Source: Mustelus asterias
Lineage: Eukaryota
NCBI RefSeq assembly: GCF_964213995.1
Contig: NW_027590135.1
Coordinates: 62,001-126,000, forward strand
DNA length: 64,000 nt
Reading direction: 5' to 3'
The number at the start of each line of letters is the position of its first letter. The stretch's first letter is position 1. The notes beneath the pieces are model-generated. The model did not search any database. It was given only the letters and a program-made list of their open reading frames with translations, and was not told where the DNA came from. Below, piece after piece: positions 35,643 through 47,639 of the stretch. The position numbers were made by a program, and so were the translations under genes.

Positions 35643-36139
35643 TAGCCCTAACTGGAAATGATGCAGGTTGTCACTATCATTGCTGTAAGTGGGATGGGGA
35701 CAATGCTCACTCACAGCATCTGTTTTCCATCTGAACAGCTGGCAGGTCGAACACCAAGTGAATGGTAAACATTCTGTCAGCATCCAGTGAAACTGGGTAA
35801 CTATGGTAACGGGTCGGTACATTGACAACACAAGACTCTGTGACAATAGCTTCATACCCAACAGGGTGATGTCACCAGGATCTACAATTCCCCCAGTTTG
35901 GAGATTCCAGTCAGGAAGCAAGGAGCAAAGTGTAAGACACCAGAGAAAAGACAAAAGATTTTCATTTCTATCGAACCAATCAACATCTCAGGAGTTCCCA
36001 AAGGACAGCCAATGAATGACTTCTTTAAGAGGTCATAGAGTCAGAGAATTTTACAGCACAGAAAGAGGCCATTCGGCCCCTCGTGTATGCACCGGCCATC
36101 AGCACCGATCTATTCTAATCCCATTTTTCAGCGCGTGTC

Positions 36140-36730
36140 CGATCTGGATGAGGGAACCAAACGTAACATTTCCACGTTTGCTGACAACACAAAACTGGGC
36201 GGAATTGTGAGTTGTGAGGAGGATGTAAGGAGGCTTCAAGGTGATTTAGACAAGTTGAGTGAGTGAACAAACACATGGCAGATGCAGCACAACGCGGCTA
36301 AATGTGAAGTTATACACTTTGGTGTGAAAAACAGAAAGGAAAGGATGAGAGGAGATCTGATTGAAACATATAAAATTCTAACAGGGCTGGACAGACTAGC
36401 TGCAGGAAGGATGTTTTCCTTGGTTTGGGAATGTAGAACAAGGGGACACAGTCTTAGGATATGGAGTGCACCATTTAGAAATGAGATGAGGAGAGATTTC
36501 TTCACCCATAGGGTGGTGAACCTGTGGAATTCTCATTCACAGAAGCTGTGGCGACCAAGGCACTGCATATATTCAAGAAGGAGAGAGAGAAATTTTTAGA
36601 TTTTAATGGCATCAAGGGGTATTGGGAAAAGCTGAGAATACAGAATTGAGATATAGGATCAGCCATGATCACATTGAATGATGGAACAGGCTCAAAGGGC
36701 TGAATGGCTGACTCCGAGTTTCTATGTTTC
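36140..36730 (+). mobile_element. CR1 fragments
   Basis: KCEVIHFG...MRGDLIETYKIL...FFTHRVVNLWN; 3'UTR CAGCCATGATC. Confidence 0.8.
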
Positions 36731-36844
36731 CAAGTTCTGATGAAAGGTCACAGACCTGAAAAACTAACTCTGTTTCTCTCTGTAAACAGATGCTGCACAA
36801 TCTGCTGAGCTTTCTTTTCTGTTTCATTTCAGATTTCCAGCGTC

Positions 36845-37010
36845 TGAACTGAACCCAGCCAGAGTCAGCACCTTCAGGAGAGAGAGAGGAATCAGTGTGT
36901 GTGGAACTGAACCCAGCCAGAGTCAGCACCTTCAGGAGAGAGAGAGAGAGAGGAATCAGTGAGTGTAGAACTGAACCCAGCCAGAGTCAGCACCTTCAGG
37001 GGATAGAGAG
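36845..37010. repeat. Three tandem ~60-bp units (GAACTGAACCCAGCCAGAGTCAGCACCTTCAGG-(GA)n-GGAATCAGT)
   Basis: Direct reading; copies start at about 36846, 36904 and 36968. Confidence 0.85.
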
Positions 37011-37429
37011 GTAATTAATTTAAGCCCTGTATTCAAAATCAGAGGTAGAGAGGATTGGATTTGATTTGATTTATTATTGTCACATGTATGAACATATTGT
37101 TTCTTGCGCGCTATCCAGACAAAACATACCGTTCATAGAGAAGGAAATGAGAGAGTTCAGAATGTAGTGTTACAGGAAAGAGGGAACCAACGACCAGTGA
37201 GCTGAACGTCGGTCGTAGGGCAGTTGCTGGAGTCCATTATCAAGCGTTTGAAAAGCAGTGTTCTAATCAGATAAAGTCAGCATGGATTTACAAAAGGGAA
37301 ATCATGCTTGACAAAACTACTGGAATTCTTTGAGGATGTAACTAGTAGAGTTGACCAGGGAGAACCGGTGGATGTGATTTATTTAGACTTTCAGAAGGCT
37401 TTGGACAAGGTCTTACATCACGATTTTAA

Positions 37430-37735
37430 GTTATAAAGTTTAAAGTTTGTTTATTCGTGTCACAAGTAGGTTTACATTAACACTGCAATGAAGTTATTGT
37501 GAAAATCCCCCAGTCGCCATACTCTGCCACCTGTTCGGGTAGACCGAGAGAGAATTTAGCATGGCCAATGCAACTAACCAGCATGTCTTTCAGACTGTGG
37601 GAGGAAACCAGAGCACCCAGAGGAAACCTATGCAGACACGGAGGGAACATGCAAACTCCACAAGTGACCCAAGCCAGGAATCGAACCCGGCTCCCTGGCG
37701 CTGTGAGACAGCAGTGCCAACCACTGTGCCGTCCT
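37430..37735 (-). mobile_element. V-domain SINE inserted in a CR1 fragment (37170-38085)
   Basis: Minus A box GGCACAGTGG, B box GGTTCGATTCC, V-domain; CR1 RT motifs on both sides. Confidence 0.8.
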
Positions 37736-39239
37736 GCTACTATGTAAAGTTAAAGTACGTGGGATTTTGGGTAGCGTCTTGAGATGGATAGAAAGCTGGT
37801 TAGCAGACAGGAAGCAAAGAGATGGCATAAATGGGTCTTTTTCCAATTGGAAGGCAGTGATTAGTGGGTACCGCAGGGATCTGTGCTTGGACCCCAACTG
37901 TTCACATTATATATTAATGATTTGGAGACAGAAACTAAATGTATTATCTCCAAATATGTAGATGATACAATATTGGGTGGTAGGGTGAGCTGTGAGGGGC
38001 ATGCAGAGATCCTTCAGCGTGATTTGGACAGGCTGAGTGTGTGGGCATCTGCATGGCAGATGTGGTATAATGTGGATAAATATGCAGCGACCACTATGGG
38101 AATGTGGAAAATCTGTAAGAAAATGTGGGTCCGTAACTCCCTTTCTTTAATATGGGGTGTGTCGTCTGGGCACATTCATCAGTCTGTGTGGGTTTGTGAT
38201 GATTTCTGGACTCTATCAGTAGTACCATATCTGTGTGTCAGACTGATTAGTGTCATTCAGGATCAGGCTCAGGTGCTGTCAGTGAGTTCAGTAACAGTCT
38301 GTATCTGTCAGTGTCTGGTAATGGACATGTGCTGGAGAATGATTCTGAATCTGTCAGTCACTGTTACTCTGACAGTGTGGGATTCATTACATAACCGCAG
38401 GCTCTGGGACAGTTTAATAGTCTGGATTCATTCCACATTGAAATTTCAGCACAGAAACAGGCCATTGATGCTGTAGGTTTTTTCAAACAAAATTCTAATT
38501 TTTGCCTTGTATTAAATCACTTTCTGTGTGAGCACAATTGTGGAGGATCATGCATCTTTTCATCTAACACGCCATTGTTAAGTAAAGGTAAGTGTAATTC
38601 ACATTTTAATAATCAAATTGATGCCTTCATCATTCACTCTGTTTGGGAGAACTTTGATACTTGAATGTTGAGCTCAGTTTGACTGTGAGAATTATTACAA
38701 TTTCTGCCCTACACGTATGAGGCTTTAAGTCAGGTATGTGATCTGTATCTCAGTTTGTACCAATTTATATGTATCCTTATTACAATAATCAGTGTGTGTC
38801 TCAGATTATACAATCATTCAGTTCTATCTGGTATTTAATTGAATTGCAACTAATGCTACAATATTGTAGGACTGACACACTGACAATCTGATAGCGGGTG
38901 AGAATTTGGACTGGGATTTATGTATCTACCTGTCAGTGGTACTGACTTGGGATGACATGGAAACAATGTCTGTCTCTCCTGCTTGGATTGATTGTTGGAT
39001 TGAAAATGTGTCTCTGCAACCGGTTCTGCTGCCTGAGACTGTGGAACTGATGCACTCTGAGAGAGAACAGACATACTGTGTGTGAGGAGCTCGCTGCACT
39101 GTTCATTGCAACTCAGGTGAGGAAACTTCAAACTAACCTTGATTGGTTCAATGATTTGCCTGTCAGGAATAATTTACTCATTGTAACCCAATTACAGGTG
39201 AGGGAATAATACACAGCCCTTTTTCAATTTGATTTACTG

Positions 39240-41259
39240 TTGTCACATGTATTGGCATACTGTGAAAAGTATTTTTTCTTGTGCGCTATACAAGCAAAGC
39301 ATACCATTCATAGAGTACATGGGGAGAAAGAAAGGACAGAGTGCAGAATGTAGTGTTACATTCATAACTAGTCTGTAGCGAAAGATCAATATAAGGTAGG
39401 TCCATTCAAAAGTCTGATGGCAGCAGGGAAGATGCAGTTCTTGAGTTGGTTGGTACATGATCTCAGACATTTGTATCTTATTCCTGTTGGAAGAAGGTGG
39501 AAGAAAGTATGTCCGGGGTGCGTGGGGGTGTTTGATTATGCTGGCTGCTTTTCTGACGTGATGGGAAGTGCAGACAGAGTCAATGGATGGGAGGCTGGTT
39601 TGTGTGATGGACTGGGCTACTATACGAACTGTTCATAGTTTAAGGCGGTCTTGGTAAGAGCAGGAGCCATACCAAGCTGTGATACATCTGGAAAGGGTAT
39701 TTTCTATGGTGCATCTGAAAAACTTGGTGAGAGTCATAGCGGAAATGCTGAATTTCCTCAGTCTCCTGAGAAATTAGAGGTCTTACTTAACTATAGTGTC
39801 AGGGTGGAAGGACCAGGACAAGTTATTGATGATCTCGACACCCAGAAACCTGAAGCTCTCAACAATTTCCATTTCACCCCCATTGATGTAGACAGGGACA
39901 TGTCCTCCACGATGCTTCCTGAAGTTAATGACAATCCCCTTTGTCTGGTTGACATTGAGGGAGAGATTATTGCCGTCACACTAATTTACCAGATTCTCTG
40001 TCTCATTCCTGTAGTCCGTCTCATCATTGTTTGAGCTCCGATCCACTATGGTGGTATCATCAGCAAACTTGAAAATAGATTTGAAGCGGAATTTGGCCAC
40101 ACAGTCATAAGTGTATAAGGAGCATCGTAAGGGGTTGAGGATACAGCCTTGTGGGGCACTGGTGTTGAGGATAATCATGGAGAAGGCGTCGTTGCCCAAC
40201 TTTACTAATTGCAGTCTGTGGGTTAAGAAGTCTAGGATGCAGTTGCAGAGGGAGGAACCAAGCCCTAGCCATGGTGTTTGAAGATGGGTTTTGTAGGAAT
40301 AATGGTGTTGAAGGCTGAGCTGTAGTCAATAAATGGGAATCTGACATGAGTCTTTGTTATCCAGGTGTTCCAGGGTTGAGTATACAGTCAGGGAGATGGC
40401 ATCTACTGTGGACCTGTTGCAGCAGTAGGTGAACTGTCGTGGATCCAGGCAATCTGGGAGGCTGGAGCTGATCCGTGCCATGACTAACCTTTCGAAGCAG
40501 TTCATAATGATGGATGTCAGAGCTACCAGGCAATAGTCATGAAGGCACGATGCCTGGCTTTTCTTTGGTACAGGGATGATGTCATCTTCTTGAAGCAGAT
40601 AGGGACCTCAGATTGGTGAAAGGAGATGTTAAAGATGTCTGCGAATACCCCTGCCAGCTGGTCCACTCAGGATCCGAGTGCCTGTCCCCGTACCCCATCC
40701 AGGCCAGTCGCTTTCCGCGGGTTGACTTTCAAGAAGGCTGATCTGAAGTCTGTGATGGTGACCTCGGATACAGGTTCGGCCAAGGCTCTCAGAGTGGAGG
40801 GCATCCTCTCTCTTCCTCAAAACAGACATAGAATGCATTGAGCTCATCAGGGAGGGGGGCATTGTCGCTGGCAATTCTACATTCCTTCATCTGGTAGCCT
40901 GTTATGTCTTTCAGACCTTACCATAAACGGTGGGAGTCCATGTGGCGAGCCGAGGACTCTAGCTTGGTCCGGTACTGGCACTTGGCATCTTTGATGGTTC
41001 CCTGGAGGTCACATCTGGATTTCTTTACAGTTCAGGGTCCCCTGACTGGAACCCCTCGGACCTGGACTTCAGGAAGCAGTGGATATCCCTGTTCATCCAT
41101 GTTTTCCGGTTGGGAAAAACATGGATTTGCGTCTTTGGCTCAGTCTTCTATGCAATTATGAATGAAGTCAGTTACTGTAGTGACGTACTCATTCAGGGTG
41201 CTTGCTGAGTTTTAAATATTGACCAGTGCATTGACTCGAAGCAGTCACATAGGAGATCA
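39240..41259 (-). mobile_element. Rex/Babar-like LINE, RT and 3' half (degenerate)
   Basis: APQGCILNP...KFADDTT; 3'UTR matches 10440-10670; joins 45371 in frame (SEESD|DLLCDC). Confidence 0.85.
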
Positions 41260-41362
41260 CAAATGGAAGGGTTGAGTGTGGTGGAAATAATTTTTTGAGG
41301 TGTGTCTATTTCAATGCCAGGAGTATTGTGGGGAAGGCAGATGAGCTGAAGGCGTGGATAGA

Positions 41363-42523
41363 CAAACAAAGAACAAAGAACAATACAGCACAGGAACAGG
41401 CCCTTCGGCCCTCCAAGCCCGCGCCACTCCCCGGTCCAGGATTGAATCCTGAATCCAGGATCCCCGCCCAATTTTCCAGCCTATTTACATACCAATATCC
41501 TATCCACTGAGCTGTCCCTCACAGCTACGATGCTTTGTTCAGCACAACCTATTAACTCACCCCCACCCCCCCATTCCAGACCATGTGATCTCCAGGGAGA
41601 GGCGAAAACCCAGAGTGAAAAACCCCAGGGCCAATATGGGGAAAAAAAATCTGGGAAATTCCTCTCCGACCCCCTGAGGCGATCGAAACGAGTCCAGGAG
41701 ATCACAATGGCCCTGATCGGGAAATGCTTCCCAACCCTAGTCATTTCCACTTCCACGAACACCATATGAATTCCCTGCCCCCGAGACAGGTTCCCAACTA
41801 TCCGCAGTCTCGCTCTGTACTGGCACCAGCAAGATGATCATAGAATGAAGCCTTGAAACGAGAAACAAGGAACAATTAGCCCGCGCCGCTCCCTGGTCCA
41901 GACTAGACCACTCTTTTGTATCCCTCCATTCCCACTCCGTTCATATAGCTGTCTAGATAAGTCTTAAACGTTCCCAGTGTGTCCGCCTCCACCACCTTGC
42001 CCGGCAACACATTCCAGGCCCCCACGACCCTCTGTGTGAAATATGTCCTTCTGATATCTGTGTTAAACCTCCCCCCCTTCACCTTGAACCTATGACCCCT
42101 CGTGAACGTCACCACCGACCCGGGGAAAAGCTTCCCACCGTTCACCCTATCTATGCCTTTCATAATTTTATCCACCTCTATTAAGTCTCCCCTCATCCTC
42201 CGTCTTTCCAAGGAGAACAACCCCAGTTTCCCCAATCTCTCCTCATAACCAAGCCCCTCCATACCAGGCAACATCCTGGTAAACCTCCTCTGTACTCTCT
42301 CCAAAGCCTCCACGTCCTTCTGGTAGTGTGGCGACCAGAACTGGACGCAGCATTCCAAATGCGGCCGAACCAACGTTCTATACATCTGCAACATCAGACC
42401 CCAACTCTTATACTCTATGCCCCGTCCTATAAAGGCAAGCATGCCATATGCCTTCTTCACCACCTTCTCCACCTGTGACGTCACCTTCAAAGATCTGTGG
42501 ACTTGCACACCCAGGTCCCTCTG
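41363..42523 (-). mobile_element. 5'-truncated CR1 (family of 53690-54846) carrying a 462-bp extra 3'UTR module
   Basis: ORF 41903-42508 is the intact ORF2 C-terminus; tail (TTCTTTG)n at 41363-41380. Confidence 0.93.
41581..41715. ncRNA. Putative structured RNA element within a CR1 3'UTR insert
   Basis: Nested perfect helices 41585-93/41697-705, 41596-602/41661-67, 41609-14/41650-55, 41623-27/41637-41; possible pseudoknot 41626-33/41708-15. Confidence 0.5.
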
Positions 42524-45370
42524 CGTCTCTACACCCTTTATGGTTCTTCCATTTATCGTGTAGCATGGAAATATGACATTATAGCCATTAGTGAAACTTG
42601 GCTACAGGAGGGGCAGGACTGGCAGCTCAATGTTCCAGGGTTCCAATGTTTCAGGCGGGATAGAGGCAGAGGGATAAAAGGTGGTGGGCTGGCATTGTTG
42701 GTCAGGGAAAATGTTACAGCGGTACTCAGGCAGGATAGATTAGGGAGCTTGTCTACAGAGGCCCTATGGGTGGAGCTGAGAAACAGGAAAGGTATGACCA
42801 CATTAATGGGCTTGTATTATAGACCACCCAATCGTCAGCAAGAATTGGAGGAGCAAATCAGCGGAGATATAGCTGACAACTGCAAGAAACACAAAGTTGT
42901 GATAGTAGGGGATTTTAATTTTCCACATATAGATTGGGACTCGCATACTGTTAAAGGTTTAGACGGGGTAGAGTTTGTAAAATGTGTTCAGGAGAATTTT
43001 CTACATCAGTATATAGAGGTGCCAACTAGAGAGGATGCGATATTGGATCTCCTATTTGGAAATGAGTTAGGGCAGGTGATGGATGTGAGTGTGAGGGAAC
43101 ACTTTGGATCCAGTGATCATAATGCCATTAGTTTCAACCTGATCGTGGATAAGGATAGATCTGGTCCTCGGGTTGAAGTTCTGAACTGGAAAAAGGCCAA
43201 ATTTGATGAAATGAGAAGGGATCTGGGAAGTGTGGATTGGCACAGGCTGTTCTCTGGTAAGGATGTAAATGGAAAGTGGGAGGCCTTCAAAGGAGAAATT
43301 TTGAGAGTGCAGAGTTTGTATGTTCCTGTCAGGATTAAAGGCAAAGTAAATAGGAATAAGGAACCTTGGTTGTCGAGGGAGATTGTAACACTGATTAAGA
43401 GGAAGAGAGAGTTGTATGAAATGTACAGGCAGCAAGGAACAGATCAGATGCTCGAGGAGTATAAAAAGTGCAAGAAGCTACTTAAGAGGGAAATCAGGAG
43501 GGCTAAAAGAAGACATGAGGTTGCTTTGGCAGACAGAGTGAAGGAAAATCCAAAGAGCTTCTATAGGTATGTTAGGAGCAAAAGGATAGTGAGGGATAAA
43601 ATTGGTCCTCTTGAAGACCAGAGTGGTAGACTGTGTATGGAACCAAAAGAGATGGGGGAGATACTAAATGGGTTTTTTGCATCCGTATTTACTGAGGAAA
43701 CGGGCATGGAGTCTACGGAAATGGGGCAAACTGGTAGGGAGGCCATGGAACCTTTACAGATTAAAGGGGAGGAGGTGCTTGCTGTCTTGAGGCAAATCAG
43801 AGTGGATAAATCCCCAGGACCGGACAGGGTATTCCCACGGACCTTGAGGGAAGCTAGTGTTGAACTTGCAGGGGCCCTGGCAGACATATTTAAAATGTCA
43901 GTATTCACGGGGGAGGTGCCGGATGATTGGAGGGTGGCTCATGTTGTTCCGTTGTTTAAAAAAGGTTCCAAAAGAAATCCGGGAAATTATCGGCCAGTAA
44001 GTTTGACATCGGTGGTGGGCAAGTTATTGGAAGGTGTGATAAGGGATAGGATTTACAAATATTTGGATAGACAGGGACTTATTAGGGAGAGTCAACATGG
44101 CTTTGTGCGTGGTAGGTCATGTTTGACCAATCTATTAGAGTTTTTCGAGGAGGTTACCAGGAAAGTGGATGAAGGGAAGGCGGTGGATGTTGTCTACCTG
44201 GATTTCAGCAAGGCCTTTGACAAGGTCCTTCATGGGAGGTTAGTTCGGAAGGTTCAGTCGCTCGGTATACATGCGGAGGTAGTAAATTGGATTAGACACT
44301 GGCTCAATGGAAGAAGGCAGAGAGTGGTTGTGGAGGATTGCTTCTCCGAGTGGAGGCCTGTGACTAGTGGTGTGCCGCAGGGATCAGTGATGGGTCCATT
44401 GTTGTTTGTCATCTATATCAATGATCTGGACGATAATGTGGTAAATTGGATCAGCAAGTTTGCTGATGATACAAAGATTGGAGGTGTAGTGGACAGTGAG
44501 GAAGGTTTTCAAAGCTTGCAGAGGGATTTGGACCAACTAGAAAAATGGGCTGAAAAATGGCAAATGGAATTTAACGCAGACAAGTGTGAGATATTGCACA
44601 TTGGAAGGACAAACCAAAGAAGAACGTACAGGGTAAATGGTAGGACTCTGAAGAGCGCAGTTGAACAGAGGGATCTGGGAATACAGGTACAGAATTCCCT
44701 AAAAGTGACGTCACAGGTGGATAGGGTCGTAAAGAGTGCCTTTGGTACATTGGCCTTTATAAATCGGAGTATCGAGTATAAAAGTTGGAGTGTTATGGTA
44801 AGGTTATATAAGGCATTGGTGAGGCCGAATTTGGAGTATTGTGTACAGTTTTGGTCACCTAGTTACAGGAAGGATGTAAATAAGATTGAAAGAGTGCAGA
44901 GAAGGTTCACAAGGATGTTGCCGGGACTTGAGAAGCTGAGTTACAGAGAGAGATTGAATAGGTTGGGACTTTATTCCCTGGAGCGTAGAAGATTGAGGGG
45001 AGATTTGATAGAGGTGTATAAGATTTTGATGGGTACAGATAGAGTGAATGCAAGCAGGCTTTTTCCGCTGAGGCTCGGGGAGAAAAAAAACCAGAGGGCA
45101 TGGGTTAAGGGTGAAAGGAGAAAAGTTTAAAGGGAATATTAGGGGGGGCTTCTTCACGCAGAGAGTGGTGGGAGTGTGGAATGAGCTGCCGGATAAAGTG
45201 GTAAGTGGGTCACTTTTAACATTTAAGCAAAACTTGGACGGGTTCATGGATGAGAGGGGTGTGGAGGGATATGGTCCAAGTGCAGGTCAGTGGGACTAGG
45301 CATAAAATGGTTCGGCACAGACAAGAAGGGCCAAAAGGCCTGTTTCTGAGCTGTAATTTTCTATGGTTCT

Positions 45371-46490
45371 ATCATCCGATTCCTCAGACCAACAATGCGT
45401 GACTTTCTTTAATCGGATTCTCCTGCTTCAGTTTTTTGCTTGTAAGCTGGGAGCAGGAGCACAGCCTTGTCATCTGATTTGCCAAAGTTTGGGCGGCCGA
45501 TAGAACGGTAGGCATGTTTGATTTTTGTGTAACAGTGGTCGAGGATGTTTGGGCCTCTGGTGGGACAGGTGACATGTTGGTAGTACCTTGGTAGGACACT
45601 CTTGAGATTGGCCTGGTTGAAGTCCCCGGCCTCGATGAACAAGGCCTCGGGATATTTTGTCTCAAGGCTGTTTGTGGTGGTAGATATTTCATCCAGCGCG
45701 ACCTTCATGTCTGCCTGGGGTGGAATGTAAACTGCTGTCAGGATAACAGAGGTGAACTCCCGTGGAAGGTTGTCGGGGCAGCATTTCAGCGTCAGGTATT
45801 CTAGGTCCGAGGAGCAGAAACTCGCCAGTGTTGTGACATCGGAGCACCAAGAGGTGTTGATTAGAAGGCAGACGCCACCTGCGCAAGCCTTATCTGAGGC
45901 CGCTGTACGGTCCATTCGGTGGATGGAGAAGCCCTGAGGTTGTAGGGCACTGTCCGGTGAAGCAGGTGTGGTCTGTGTCTCCGTGAAACAGAGCACACAG
46001 CAGTCTCTCAGTTCCCTTTGAAAAGTGAGTCTGGTTTTAAGTTCATCTAGATTGTGTTCCAGAGATGGAACATTTGCCAGGAGTAAGCTGGGGAGGGGGG
46101 CCTTGGAACCACATTGTTTCAGTCTCACCTGCAAGCCTGCGCGTTTCCCACGCTTCCTGGGGTGGCTGCTTCCTGTCGTGCCTGTGAGACGGTGTTTAGT
46201 TTGTGGGATCAAGGGTGTAGCTGTATCCTGTTTCCGCTTTGGTTGGTGTGGGGGTGGAGGATTTGTTGCCATGGTCACGGTTCCTGCGTCGGCAGTCGGG
46301 TCTGAGCGGTCGGGAGTTCCGGGTCGCTGTCGGGCTGCGGTTTGAGTTTGGAGGGTGTTCACACCACACTCCGGGCGTGGACGGGTTGAAGGTCGGTTGG
46401 TGGATGGGGTCTCTGGAGTCACGGCTGGGTCCACGTGTTCGGGTTCTCCGGGTCACCGCCAGGTCAGGGGATCTCTGGTCTTGCAAATAA
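45371..46490 (-). mobile_element. Rex/Babar-like LINE 5' half (APE domain)
   Basis: ORF 45409-46434: RGKRAG..RLK..PLPSLLLANV..L..DEL...CFTET...VYIPP...GDFNQANL. Confidence 0.88.
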
Positions 46491-46929
46491 ATTTAAAAGA
46501 GCAGTTTTAGTAATTTATAAATCTCACTACATAATCATAATGAACATCCACAAAGGAACCCCAGTGATACAAACATTGTCAATGTCTGACTGCAGTCCTT
46601 AGTGTCTGTGTACGAGATGCATGATCAGTGAATTCTTGTAGCGCCTACCGCCAATGACATTCAGATAGAACTGAAACCCTGCACTGCTCCATGAATGGGA
46701 TAACCGGATGGAGCAGGGACATTTGTAATGTTCATATTTCCATTCATTGCTCCCGTGTGATTAACCAGATCGTAATCAAAACCAAACAGTCTCTGTTTAA
46801 AATGTGTCCATCCTCGTTCTCACCTGGTGCCTGCAAGAGCTGCTCTTTGTCTAACTCCCCACATCCTGACTGTCTGCCTCTGCTTCCAATCTTCACTGTC
46901 CAATCACAGCAAACCAGGGGAGACTGGAA

Positions 46930-47535
46930 CTAGAGTCATTACCGTATGGAAGGAGGCCATTCGCCACATCCAGTCCATGCTGGTTCTCCATGGAGCAATC
47001 CAGTCAGTCCCATTCTCCTGCTCTATCCCCATAGCCCGTCAAGTTTATTTCCCTCAAATGTCCCTCCAAATTCCTCTTTGAAATAATTCATCGTCTCGGC
47101 TTCCAACCTCAGAGACAGCAACTTCCAGGTTGTCACTCGCTGCATGAGAAGTTCTTCCACACATCCCCCCCAGTGTCTCTTCCAAAACCTTCAACTTGTG
47201 CCCCCTCGTCCTTAAACTATCAGTGAATGGAATCAGCTTTTCTTTGTCTGCCTGAACCACACCAGCCATAATCCTGTCCACCTCTATCAGATCTCTCTCG
47301 CAATCTGCTTTGCTCCAAAAAGATCAACCCCAGCTTCTGCAACCTAACTTTGTGGCTAAAACCCCTCATTGCTGAAACCATTCTGGTCAATCTCCTCTGC
47401 ACCCGCTGAACCACCGTCACATGTTTCCTCAAGTGTGCTGAGCAGAACTGGACTCAATGCTTCAGCTGTGATCCAATCAGAGTTTTCTAAAGGCTCAGCA
47501 TAACTTGCATGATTCTGTACTCAATGCCTGTGTCC
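46930..47535 (-). mobile_element. Degenerate CR1 3' fragment
   Basis: RVQRRLTRMV...LEQSRLR...RTRGHKLKV. Confidence 0.75.
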
Positions 47536-47639
47536 TCATGGAGAGGGTCACTCATGTGGACGAGGAGGGTTTGAACTAAACTGGCACGGGATGGGCACCA
47601 TTCTATAGAAGTGGAAAAGAGGAATATCTGGAGAAAGAA

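Larger units (their letters stand above)
41260..45370 (+). mobile_element. Young CR1 LINE with nearly complete ORF2 (APE + RT), split by a nested CR1
   Basis: CVYFNARSIVGKADELKAWID (41295-41362) continues as WKYDIIAISETW at about 42525. Open about 2.55 kb through YYRPP, GDFN, YLDFSKAFD, GVPQGSV, FADDTK; tail TTCTATGGTTCTAT. Confidence 0.95.

Noticed and set aside
36833-37010. Candidate exon formed by the 60-bp repeats between TTTCAG and AG|GTAATT
   Set aside because: The splice-like sites come from a repeat terminus and chance sequence; no supporting ORF.
41581-41715. Assignment of the structured module to hammerhead, HDV-like or hairpin ribozymes
   Set aside because: CTGAGGC is not CUGANGA; GGCGAAA lacks an HDV P2/P3 partner; GUC lacks the opposing AGAA loop. 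Left unassigned.
42497-45130. 877-aa ORF as a host gene or intact active RT
   Set aside because: It is CR1 ORF2. Its first residues come from the nested antisense CR1, its true N-terminus is displaced to about 41295, and the C-terminus is frameshifted.
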